From NCBI RefSeq assembly GCF_009914755.1, contig NC_060930.1: a DNA stretch of 64,000 nucleotides, one strand, 5' to 3'. Positions 52,801-64,000 of this stretch are shown one piece after another (position 1 is the first letter of the stretch; every line of letters begins with the position of its first letter). The stretch is from the human T2T-CHM13v2.0 reference genome, Homo sapiens. The translations under genes and the position numbers were made by a program. A model generated the notes under the pieces. That model saw only the letters and a program-made list of their open reading frames with translations. It was not told the origin of the DNA and did no database searches.

Positions 52801-55399
52801 GTTTAGGAGCTAATTGTTAGAACTGATTAGAAAGGTAGTCCGTAGATGATAATAAGAGCCTAAATAAGTGTCTTGTGAGTAAGTTGTTTATGCTGCATCA
52901 GCCTCTAAGGGGTTTTGTAGAGCACAGTGTGGGTAGGAAAGGCCAAGGGCACCAGAGTTCTGGGTTGCTGGGAAAAGCCAGAGAGTCTCTTTTATTCCTG
53001 ATCCTCCTCTCAGAGCCCACCGATAGGCTGGTGACTGGGAATAATGTAGGAAGGAGAGATCTTGGGTAAGGAAACATCCCACAGGGTGGCTCTGTGGTGA
53101 GGCCCTTGCCCCACTGGCAGCACACAGCAATGACCAGATCACTAATCTACAGCAGTGCTAAGTGAGGGTTGTGGCCTAGTGAAAGGCAGCTGGGATCTGG
53201 AGTCAGATGGATTCAAATCCTGCCCTCCTTGTTAATTACTGCTTGTGGCTTCAGGCAGGTGATTTCACCTGACACAAAGTTTGCTGCCTCCCCAAAGTGA
53301 CTCCTGCCTTCTTCTTTGCTGCTAGAATGTGTCTTTGACTTAAGAGGCTGCACAAAACTGATAATGTGCTCTAATCTGGGCCAGTGGGACTAGAGGGGCT
53401 GCCATGGGACTTTTGGAGTAGACTGCACACACTTAGACAATTGAGTACATTTTGATATATGTGTTACAGCCCCCAACCAAAGCTCTCTGCTTCTCAGAGG
53501 ACTCCGAGTCTTTGTTTGCCTCCTTCCTCAGGGTTCATGGTCTTAGCTGGGGATCTTGTCTTATTCATTGCTGTATCCACAGCTCCTAACATAGGCCTTG
53601 GAGCACAGTAAATCCTGAATGAGTATTTATGAGTGAATGTGGGAATTTGGTTGAGTTTAGATCTCATGTTCTTAGTGTATTTCTGGGGAGATAGAAGAGG
53701 GTCTCTCTGCCCTTCTTTTTCTTCTGTGATAGGAAGTGGCCCTGCATCCCTCTAGCCTTGGGATTCTCCCAGAATAGGGAGGGAGAGTGGATGCTGAACA
53801 GCCATAGCACCTGGTTCACGATGGACCATCTGACTCCAGTCTTGTCTGCCTCCACCCATCCCCAGAACATACGCAGAGCAGTGTTTCTGAAATGCACTTG
53901 CTTGAGTCCTTAGTGACATCTTGTTTCCCTTTGGGTGAAGCGTAGACATTTTAGCATGGTTTGCCAGGCCTTTCATTCATCTGGCCCCAACTCCTCCAGC
54001 AGTATCTCATCTCTTCATCTTCCCTTAAAATAGGTTCTAGACATACTGAAGGTGAGTTTTTTTTCCCCATTTCTACACTTGATGAACAAATTTATAAATA
54101 CAATTGCAAGTTAGATTAAACTACTTAATAGAGCAGATGTTTTGAGCACCTAATAATTTGAAAAAAGATACCTTGCAGACCTTTAAAAGATTTCCTCCGT
54201 GTTGCTCATGCCTTCCTCTGGCCACACCTGCCTGTCTTCAGGCCTTGCCTTGAGTACCCTCTCCTCAGGGTTTGTCTTAGAGCCCTAAACTAGGTTGGCT
54301 TTCCCTGCTGAAAATTCCCCAGCACTCTTACCTTCTCTGTCCTACACTCGTGTCCAAGAGACTGTTGTCTGCTGGAGGGCAGGGATCTCATCTGTCTTGT
54401 TCATAGCTCAGTGACTACTCCAATGTCTAACATAAAGGTGCTTGCTGAATGAGTAAGCCAAATTTATTTTCAAATAAAATTACCTGGTATTGTTGAAGAG
54501 AGCTGAATATTCATGAGTTACAAGTGGGTCTGTTCTTGATGCAATGCTTTTGGAGAAAAACTACCAATATGTGCCTATGCCGTGACTCAGCAGCTTCCTA
54601 ACATACTAAGGAAATGATCAGAGGTCTAAGACTTATATACAAGGATGCGTTTCATATTCTTAGTTATGGCGTGCAATATCAGAAATAATCCAGGTGTTCT
54701 CCAGCAGAGTTAAAGAACTTACGTCCACGTTGTACATCTGTTATACATGACACTGTGGGAGAACAGTGACATCATGAGTTGGGAATATATTTATAACAAA
54801 TTAGACACAAACAGATTATAAAAGTATAATCTCAATTTTTAGAAGCAGCGAATAGTAGAAAAAGGCTGAAATATGTAAAATGTTTAAAAATTTTTTCTTG
54901 TGTTTTCTCTGAATTTTCTGCAAATGGTTCGTTTTTTGATCAGATTTTTTTACAAATTAATATATTTCCCAATATTAAAAAGTAATCTAGCTTATAAAAA
55001 TTATAAATACAATAAAACCTCCCTAAAATTTATGTCTTTGTTTTAAAATTTGTGATAATTTAAGAATTTTGACATATTGGGCTGATTTTACTAAACTTTA
55101 GGCAATTGATAAACATGTTTGATGAACAAATTTATAATACAATTATAAATAAAATTGTACCACAATTTCACTGTTACTAAGTGGCAGTTAGAATCTGGAC
55201 TGTTGCATTTTATTCTGGAACTTTTCGTTTTATCAACAAAACTCTACCCATTATTCTCCCACTTCCCCTGTGACATCAGCTGGCACCAGTGGTTGTGGCC
55301 CGACTGTTCTGAGGTATCCTCCAGGGCACCCTGAGTCTAGACATCTATTCCTAGAAATTCTAAAGTGCATAATAGCTATAGGCTTTCTTTGAGGTGCCG

Positions 55400-55742
55400 A
55401 TGTTAAAATTCTAACATTTTTCAAACAGTAGGAAGATTTTACTCAAGACTATTGCAGTGAAGGAGAGAGATCTGGCTTAGCTCTGAATACAGTGAAGACA
55501 GCTGGGGATTTACAACCAAGGAGCAGAGTGAAGGGGTGAGGGGATGGGAAATTTCTAAGGGAAGACATCAGGGATAGGGAAATTCTTGCTGAAAGCAGGC
55601 CAAGGTAGCCAGATATCAAAGGTGGGTTCTCTTTAAACTGACTTAACAGGATTCTTGCTACAAGCCCCAGATTGAGGCCTGGTAGAGAGGAGGGCTCAAG
55701 GCCCTAGCAAAAGTGTGGTCAAGATGAGAGTCTTTATCGGTG
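55400..55742 (-). mobile_element. ERV-type solo LTR (MER76/MER95-like)
   Basis: Ends in agggctcaag…ggtcaagatgagagtctttatc; subfamily uncertain. Confidence 0.5.
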
Positions 55743-58489
55743 ATTGGGAATTCTTGCAAAGCTCAGCAGTTTAATGACCCCTGTATGGAGATCATCTGAA
55801 GCATCAAGACCAACTTAACTGGCACCCACCCTTATTTATTCACCTGGTTGTTTGTGCATTCATAAATAATAAACCTTCAGCAGATACTATCCTGTGTGCT
55901 GGCAAGGGATAAATATTAATCTCTTGGGATTTTCGGTCCCTGTTCTCACCCAACTGGTGTTTAAGAGGTCCCTATGAGTTTCACTTTTTAGGCGGGGGAG
56001 GAGAGGAGAGAAGAAAAAATAGACCTCAGATACTCCACAACAAGCCATGGGGGAACATCACTGGGAGAGCCTGGGCCCAGGCCCAGCCAGAAGTTACCAT
56101 TGAAAGAAAAATTACTTTGTACTTGGAAATAAAACAAGAAAAAGGAAGACTTTGTGTTTTGTATTGTCATACTGGGCTGTTGTTTCAGACTCACCCAAGA
56201 TTATTTAATTTTCTAACAGACTTACCTCTGTTTGGCTTTGCTGCTTACTCTCCATTAGAGTACAAACATTGTGATGTTATATGCTAGTTTGTAGATTCGA
56301 GATGCGAATTATTTCTGTGCAAAGATTATGGTTTTATTGTCTCCAGCTTACCTTGCTTATTCCAATGTGCCTTTGCTAATGGACTGTGTGAGCTTGAGCT
56401 CCTCTAGTGCTCTGATCCAGCTTCCCTGTCTCTTACGTGCCATTGCTTATTACTACTTGCCTGAGTTATGTCTTTTAGCTTTAGACAGTTATGCTTTGAC
56501 ATGGCTTAGATGCTGGGGGTCTGTTAAGGTGGTTACAGCAGCCAAGTATTGGTTGTCCCGCAGAGGCTGCTGTCCGTGTGGGGAGTTGCCCTTGGGCTGT
56601 CTGTAAGTCCCTCATCCCTGTGTCCAGAGTGACGCCAGACGAGTCTTCCTCACTGTGTGTGCGTCCATCAACATCAGGCAGCTTTGTTTATGCTGAGCGC
56701 ATTGCTCTTAACCTCAAGGTTTGTAAGTTGAAAGATTATAGTAAAGGAGCTTCTGAACTTCTCTTTGCTCTTTCCATTTCCCTATTTACTGGTAACTCAA
56801 TACCCTGGGACTGGTCTGACTGTCAGGAGAATGAGCCAGCCCTAGGAACAAGGCAGCCTCCAGCTGTACCTTATGCCTGCTGCAGCTCCTTACTGGGATT
56901 TCCTGCTGGTGCTTTGTTTCCCAAACCCTTTGTAAGCTGCTTGAGGGCAGTGATTCTACTTTGCACTGCTTCTTTGGCCATAATTGAAGTCTGTAACTTA
57001 CTGATTCCTGATTTCTCTTTATATACTGTCCTTGGATTAATTCATTTATTTATTCAAATACTGGGCCTGTCCCATGCAGATGTTGTGCTAGGTGCTGGAA
57101 TAAGACAGGATGGTGAGCCCCACCTCAAAGGGAGTGATCCCCAAAGGGTCCCAGGCCATATTTGGGGCAATTAGACTCCTCCCTAATGAGAAATAACTTC
57201 TGTTTTCTTTCTAAACAACTATTACCTAGATAATGAAAATTTCTTATATAATTTGCAGGTAGAATGACTTTTATATACACATATTATTTTCCCCAGTCAT
57301 CCCATAATAACCACCTTTAGAGAATGAAAAGCCTGCATATATGCTCTTAGCAATGAAAGGCTTAAAAAAGAAAAAATTTAAAGCGATATCCATGGAATTT
57401 TCTATATCTTTTTATACATTTTATTCCCTACCTCACTAATTGCATTGATGAATAGATGTTGTGAGTATTTAGCACTTTGAAGATACTGAAATACTGGAAG
57501 GCATCCTCTAATATCACAAGTTCCCAAAACCTTTGCTATCCCAATTTTTCTTGGTAAGTAGTATAGAAGAGCACATTGTAATGTCACACTCTAACTCATG
57601 ATTCAAACTGTGAGAAATTGGTCCTGTGTGTCTTGAGCAGTCCAACCAGCAACTCTGGGAACTGCCTGGCCTGAGAGCCCCACTGGCTGCTGACCACAGT
57701 GGGCGTGCGGTGAACCCTAGGGCCTGGCTTGCAGTCAGGTTCAGTCCTCTGCTTCGACTGTATTCAAATGCTGTTCCTTGTTTTTTCCTTTCTGCTGTCC
57801 AGGGGCTCTCCTGGGCCTGCAGCAGCCAGCACAGAGCTTGGTGAGAGAAGTGGGGCCTTCCCTCACAGCGTAGAAATCAAGTCACACTCCAGATTTGTGA
57901 GGCTTATCTTTGGCCAGCTCATCATCAGCAAACCATGCAAGGCCTGTTTAAATTAAAGCCAGGCATAGAGCAGTCGTCTAGAGCTGGTGAAATCTAAGCC
58001 TTCTTTTAAAAGCCATTTTGACCAACCTTTTTTGTATTCTTGTATTTCCTTTCCAACACCTGTCCCCTGCCTACTCTGTTGGAATAACAAATGAAAAAGA
58101 ATACCCTTTTTCAGAAATAAGAGTGTAACCTTCCTGGACATAGGTTCCATGCCATAGAACCACCTTACAGTTGACGTAATCACACTATGAAGCCCAGTTT
58201 CCACTTCAAAAACTCAAATACCTTGGCTATGTTTCCAAGATAAACTCTTTACAAGTCACAATACTGTAGTGATTTGGTGTAGATGTGTGAATGTATCCCA
58301 TTATATTTAATAACTTTATGAGCAAGCCTTCTCTAAATGTCATCATAAAATGTGTGCTATTTATGTTCACCCAATTTTTGCATATTTTCATTATGCAATT
58401 AATGAAAATCCCATTAATGTGGCTATTAAAAGCATACCCTCAAATTCTACTGTTAGGGGCTAGAGCCCATTAAAAATCAGTAAATTCTG

Positions 58490-58769
58490 TTTGGGCACAG
58501 TGGCTCATGTCTAATCCCAGCACTTTGGGAGGCTGAGGCGAGAGGATCGCTTGAGTTCGAGAGTTTGAGACCAGCCTGGACAACACAACATAGTGAGATC
58601 TTGTCTCCACTGGAAAAAAAAAAAAAGGCCAGGTGTGGTGGCAGCTAAGACAAGAGGATCGCTTGAACCTGGTAGGTTGAGGCTGCAGTGAACTGTGATC
58701 ACCCCTCTGCACTCCAGACGAGGCAACAGAGTGAGACCCGGTCTCAAAAAAAAAAAAAAAAAAAAAAAA
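58490..58769 (+). mobile_element. Alu (AluJ-like) with right-arm internal deletion
   Basis: Dimer with long A tail; the cctgtagtcccagctactc segment is missing. Confidence 0.85.
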
Positions 58770-59364
58770 ATCAGTATATTCTTAAAAGATAGTCCTGTGA
58801 GGATGCCTTTTCTCAACCTAACAATTTATAGTTTCTTCATTTGTAAAATAAAGCTGATAATATTTACGTGTCAGGGTCGTCCTAAAGATTAGAATGTAGA
58901 TGTTAAATGCCTACCACTGTCTGGCAGCTGGGAAATACCCTCAACATGAGAGATACCCATGTGCTTAGTCACCTCATGACTGCTGCCTTCAGCCTGTCTA
59001 GGAGAGGCGTCATTTGTTTTGTGCTGCTGTTTGTATATTAAGAATTTTTTGTTGTGTTTTATCAAAGGACATAAAGCCTGCATGACTCTTAAAGAAAACT
59101 ATAGTGGAAAAAGCATAGATCATAAAAATGTCAGCACGGAGTTTTTCTGACCATTCACGCACATCATTGCCTACTTGAAGAACGCCTTTTATAATGTCAT
59201 ATACAATATTGTGCTCATACCTTTTCCAGATTCCAAATTCTAACTGTAAACTACTTTGTATCTGTCTTTAAATTTTCAAATGGGCAGTTTCTCTGCAAAG
59301 TCAGTCAATCACTATCTCAGATACTACAACATTTGGCATAGTGAATTTTATGTGGCCTTCTTAA

Positions 59365-59680
59365 CACCTTTATTCAGGTGTATGTGACACATGTTTACAG
59401 TATACAGTTTGGTAAGTTTTAACATATGCATACACTTGTAAAACCATGACCACTAAGTGGTTAATGTATCTGTCACCCCCAAAAGTTTCTCCTTGGTAAT
59501 CCTTCCCGCCACTGTCTGTCCCCATCCCAGACAACCACTGATCTGTTTTCTGTCACTACGGATTAGCATAACTCTTCCTGTACTAGAATTTTATATAAGT
59601 TGAATCATAGTGTGTACTTTTTTTGTCTGACTTCTTTTACTCAGAAAAATTATATTGAGAATCATCCATGTGGTGTTTCA
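59365..59680 (-). mobile_element. L1M 3'-end fragment
   Basis: tatacagtttggtaagtttt…tcacccccaaaagtttc…caaccactgatctg. Confidence 0.65.
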
Positions 59681-60078
59681 ATTTATGTTTTAGATTTTTA
59701 ACAATAACTTCTGTTTGAGTTCCTAGATGAGAAATACTACTACTTTGAAAACTTAACCTCTTTTTGAATTTTATCAAGAAATACCTTGAATGATAATCTT
59801 AGTGAAAACATTAAAAGACTGCTATACTCTCTTGTCCTTGTGAAAGTCCAACTCAAGTAATTAACTTATACTTAGGTAAAGTTCCTCATATGTTTGAATT
59901 GAGAACTCTTAAGGCTCCTAACCAGCATATCATGTTACCTTGGAGACAAGAGTGTTTTTGGAAACAGTGTGAATATTAACTACTGTGTTTGCTTTGAAAG
60001 GTGCCATATATCTAATGATAATGCCATAATTACTGATTAATTTATCTTTCTTTCCAGATCCTTTCCCGGAGTTCAGTT

Positions 60079-61812
60079 ATGGGTGTGAGAGGTTTGCAAG
60101 GATTTGTGGGAAGTACCTGCCCACATATATGTACAGTAGTAAATTTCAAAGAACTGGCAGAGCACCACCGAAGCAAGTATCCTGGATGTACCCCTACCAT
60201 TGTGGTTGATGCCATGTGTTGTCTCAGATATTGGTATACTCCAGAATCTTGGATCTGCGGTGGCCAGTGGCGAGAATACTTTTCTGCTTTGCGAGATTTT
60301 GTTAAAACTTTTACGGCAGCTGGGATCAAGTTGATATTCTTCTTTGATGGCATGGTGGAGCAGGATAAGAGAGATGAATGGGTGAAACGAAGGCTCAAGA
60401 ACAACAGGGAGATATCCAGGATTTTTCATTACATCAAGTCACACAAGGAGCAGCCAGGCAGAAATATGTTCTTCATCCCCTCAGGGCTAGCTGTGTTTAC
60501 ACGATTTGCTCTAAAGACACTGGGCCAGGAAACTTTGTGTTCTTTGCAGGAAGCAGATTATGAGGTAGCTTCCTATGGCCTCCAGCATAACTGTCTTGGG
60601 ATTCTGGGGGAAGACACTGATTACCTAATCTATGACACTTGTCCCTACTTTTCAATTAGCGAGCTCTGCCTAGAGAGCCTGGACACCGTCATGCTCTGCA
60701 GAGAGAAGCTCTGTGAGAGTCTGGGCCTCTGTGTGGCCGACCTTCCTCTTCTGGCCTGCCTCCTTGGCAACGACATAATCCCAGAGGGCATGTTTGAAAG
60801 CTTTAGGTACAAATGCTTATCGTCCTACACCTCTGTAAAAGAGAACTTTGACAAAAAAGGTAACATCATATTAGCTGTGTCAGACCATATATCGAAAGTT
60901 CTTTACTTGTATCAAGGTGAGAAAAAATTAGAAGAGATATTACCTCTGGGACCAAACAAAGCTCTTTTTTATAAAGGAATGGCATCATATCTTTTACCAG
61001 GACAAAAATCTCCATGGTTTTTCCAAAAACCCAAAGGTGTAATAACTTTGGACAAACAAGTAATATCCACGAGTTCAGACGCCGAATCCAGGGAAGAAGT
61101 TCCCATGTGTTCAGATGCTGAATCCAGGCAAGAAGTTCCCATGTGTACAGGCCCTGAATCCAGGCGAGAAGTTCCCGTGTATACAGATTCTGAACCCAGG
61201 CAAGAAGTTCCCATGTGTTCAGACCCTGAACCCAGGCAAGAAGTTCCCACATGTACAGGCCCTGAATCCAGGCGAGAAGTTCCCATGTGTTCAGACCCTG
61301 AACCCAGGCAAGAAGTTCCCATGTGTACAGGCCCTGAAGCCAGGCAAGAAGTTCCCATGTATACAGACTCTGAACCCAGGCAAGAAGTTCCCATGTATAC
61401 AGACTCTGAACCCAGGCAAGAAGTTCCCATGTATACAGGCTCTGAACCCAGGCAAGAAGTTCCCATGTATACAGGCCCTGAATCCAGGCAAGAAGTTCCC
61501 ATGTATACAGGCCCTGAATCCAGGCAAGAAGTTTTAATACGGACAGACCCTGAATCTAGGCAAGAAATTATGTGTACAGGCCATGAATCCAAACAGGAAG
61601 TTCCCATATGTACAGATCCTATATCCAAGCAAGAAGACTCCATGTGTACACACGCTGAAATCAATCAAAAATTACCTGTAGCAACAGATTTTGAATTTAA
61701 GCTAGAAGCTCTCATGTGTACAAACCCTGAAATTAAACAAGAAGACCCCACAAATGTGGGGCCTGAAGTAAAGCAACAAGTAACCATGGTTTCAGACACT
61801 GAAATCTTAAAG
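60079..61812 (+). CDS. FAM120B: FAM120B first coding exon (aa 1-578): FEN1/XPG-like (PIN) nuclease domain plus 12-aa repeat region; CDS continues beyond the window
   Basis: Exon 60058-61812: acceptor tctttctttccag|ATC, donor AAG|GTATGT. Family motifs MGVRGL, VVD, FFFDG (D90), EADYE, GEDTDY, LLGND. The ORF-track tail VCVSAQPICHD is intron read-through. Confidence 0.97.
61075..61810 (+). repeat. 36-bp (12-aa) coding tandem repeat in FAM120B: ~13 conserved plus ~7 degenerate units
   Basis: Peptide unit [ST][DG][PSA]E[SP]RQEVPM[CY] from aa 333; conserved core to ~61542. Confidence 0.97.
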
Positions 61813-62072
61813 GTATGTGTATCTGCCCAGCCAATATGCCATGATTGAAAATATATCCGCTGATGGATTTGTTAGTGAAGATCCATTACTGCCTCAGTGT
61901 TTGGCCACTGAGAGGATGCACAACAGGAGTCTCTAAGTCTCGTTAGGAAGTGTGACGTTATATGTGTGGAAACTCACAACCAATGTTGGATACTGTCACA
62001 TGAATATTATAGAAAAGTGCTATAAGAATACAAGAGAGAAAGAGAACATTGTGGGTTAAAGTACAGGGAGAA

Positions 62073-62360
62073 GGCCGGGCGTGGTGGCTCATGCCTGTAA
62101 TCCCAGCACTTTGGGAGGCCCAAAGCAGGTGGGTCACCTGAGGTCAGGAGTTCAAGACCAGCCTGACCCACATGGTGAAACCCTGTCTCTACTAAAAATA
62201 CAGAAATCAGCTGGGCATGGTGGCGCACACATGTGATCCCAGCTACTCGGGAGGCTGAGACAGGAGACTTACTTGAACCTGGGAGGCGGAGGTTGCAGTG
62301 AGCTGAGATTCTCCAGCCTGGGCAATAAGAGCAAAACTGTCTCAAAAAATAAAAATAAAT
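62073..62360 (+). mobile_element. AluS with 15-bp TSD
   Basis: TSD AAAGTACAGGGAGAA at 62058-62072 and 62361-62375; sits among L2/MIR remnants. Confidence 0.93.
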
Positions 62361-64000
62361 AAAGTACAGGGAGAAGTTCCCCAAAGAGGTAGAACTGGAG
62401 CCAGACCTTAATGGGGCAGCCAAAATATGCATTGAATAAGCAAAGACTTGGGAGTTGTGGAAGTACTAAAGGTGTAGCGTTTTGAATCTGCATCACGCGG
62501 GGGCGCAGGGAGAAAGTCCAGGCTAGAGCGTGGGGTTTGGAGAAAAAAATGGGAAAAGGTGGACAATCATAGCCAAATTGGGAAGGTTATTAAATGCCAC
62601 ATGAGGAATTTGGACTTAATTCTGAAAGTATTACAGCGCCTTTGAAGATTTTTGATGGGGGGCCACTACGTGTGAGGTTCTGTGCTAGGTGCATTAGGTA
62701 ACTTTTCTCATTAGATCTTCTCAACAGCCCTGTGAGATAGACTTATCCTTGTTTTACAGAAGAGGTCTGTGTCCACATGAATGTCTCAAAGGTACCTCAG
62801 CAAGTTCTAAACCAAACTTAACTATCTTAACCACACACCTTTCCTTGTTCCCAGCACTATGAGCACCACCATCTTTCATCTAGTTACAACTACATAGATC
62901 TGTAAGGAAGCTCCTGCTCCTAGTCTGATGCAAAACTCAGGCCCGGACAGCAGCTGAGCAGCTGTGTGGTGATACCTGGAGGGCAGCCATGTGAACCTGC
63001 CAGCCAACCAGCATTCGATTTTTTTTAAGCAGGTATATCGATATGATCAGATTTTTGGTTTTTGAAACATTACAGTGCAGTGAGTGGATTTAAAGTGGCC
63101 ATTGTAGTAACTCAGGTAAAATACAAAAGAGCTAGAATTAGGAAAATGGCAGTGGAAATAGGAAGAAACAAATTCAAGAAATGTTTCAGAAGTGAAACTA
63201 ATAAATAAGTCTTGCTGTGGAGGTGAAGTTCCTCCTTGAGTACCGGCGATGGTAGATGGTGTTAATCTAAAGAAGAAGGAGGAAAGGTTTTACAGGGAGA
63301 AGAAGATTAAGTGGGTTATATTTTAATTGAGTAGATGGCACCTCTAACACATGTTCTCGTAGTGAAATATGGACCTAAAGTTCTATTACTGGCAAGAGAC
63401 AGACATCTGGGAGTTATCCTATTTTATGTGTAAAGTAAAAGATGATGTGGGATGGAGACTTAAGGAACAGTCCACTGAGAGATCAGGAGTGAGCAGAGGA
63501 GGAAGGAGAATAAGGAGGGGATAATCCCCACAAAAGTCCAAGGGGGCAAGTTTCAAGAATGAGAAAAGAAACGGTCAGGAGTATCACATGCTACAGAGGT
63601 AAAGAGGTAGAATAGGACTAGACATAGGGACTTGGGTCAGTAATTAGGAGGTCCTGATGGCATCAGAGAGTTACTGCAGCACAGGGTTGGGAGTGGAGGC
63701 AAAGCCGACAGGGAGTTTGGCAGTGGAAGAGACTTTGTTGGGGAAGGCAGGGTCAAGGAGAGTCCTCACAGGAAGGGAGTGCCTGGGCAAAGTGGTGGGT
63801 CGAGAGTTGTTCACATGGATTGAACTTAATTGTATCTTTGAAAACAATTTTGAAGTTTCTTACATTGCCCTTACATTTTCTCTATAAAATTTTTTTGCAA
63901 TGTCATCTTCAAACCCTAACAGGCAACTAAAATTCAAACGTGTATTTTAACCATACATAGTCACCCTGGAAAAATGCTCAGGTAGAAAGGCTGTGGGCAC

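Noticed and set aside
56578-57174. 198-aa ORF in FAM120B intron 1
   Set aside because: Non-ATG start, no recognisable domain, ends in repeat-like sequence.
60866-61664. Antisense and alternative-frame repeat ORFs (231 aa, 128 aa, 140 aa)
   Set aside because: Shadows of the 36-bp FAM120B coding repeat; no independent promoter or splice evidence.

Overview
This is GC-rich primate genomic DNA, recognisable as the human subtelomeric 6q27 DLL1/FAM120B locus. The complete DLL1 gene (Notch ligand Delta-like 1) lies on the - strand. I reconstructed its 11 coding exons from GT-AG boundaries: CDS 32830->25568, 2172 nt = 723 aa + stop, with AATAAA at 24915-24920. FAM120B (SAN1/CCPG, a FEN1/XPG-family nuclease) starts on the + strand, with a CpG-island non-coding exon 1 (donor after 49530) and a 1755-nt exon 2 (60058-61812) encoding the nuclease domain plus a 36-bp coding tandem repeat; the gene continues beyond the window. 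The ~16 kb between the two genes holds three CpG islands, recognisable DLL1 enhancer motifs (Ascl1/Brn composite, TCF/T-box cluster) and a full-length THE1 retroelement. The first 24 kb is non-coding, with Alus, MaLR LTRs, Tigger elements, a 68-bp VNTR, an 80-bp hairpin repeat and a perfect 42-bp inverted duplication. There is no prokaryote-type novel system here. The most system-like signal is that the two genes' 5' ends appear interleaved: two in-frame alternative FAM120B first exons sit inside DLL1's promoter/enhancer region and would extend the nuclease N-terminus, while DLL1's leader carries a splice acceptor that could be fed from the FAM120B CpG island. A second candidate switch is DLL1's one-codon terminal exon, where retention of the last intron would mask the PDZ ligand. 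Repeat subfamily names and database-related statements are from recognition, not from searches.
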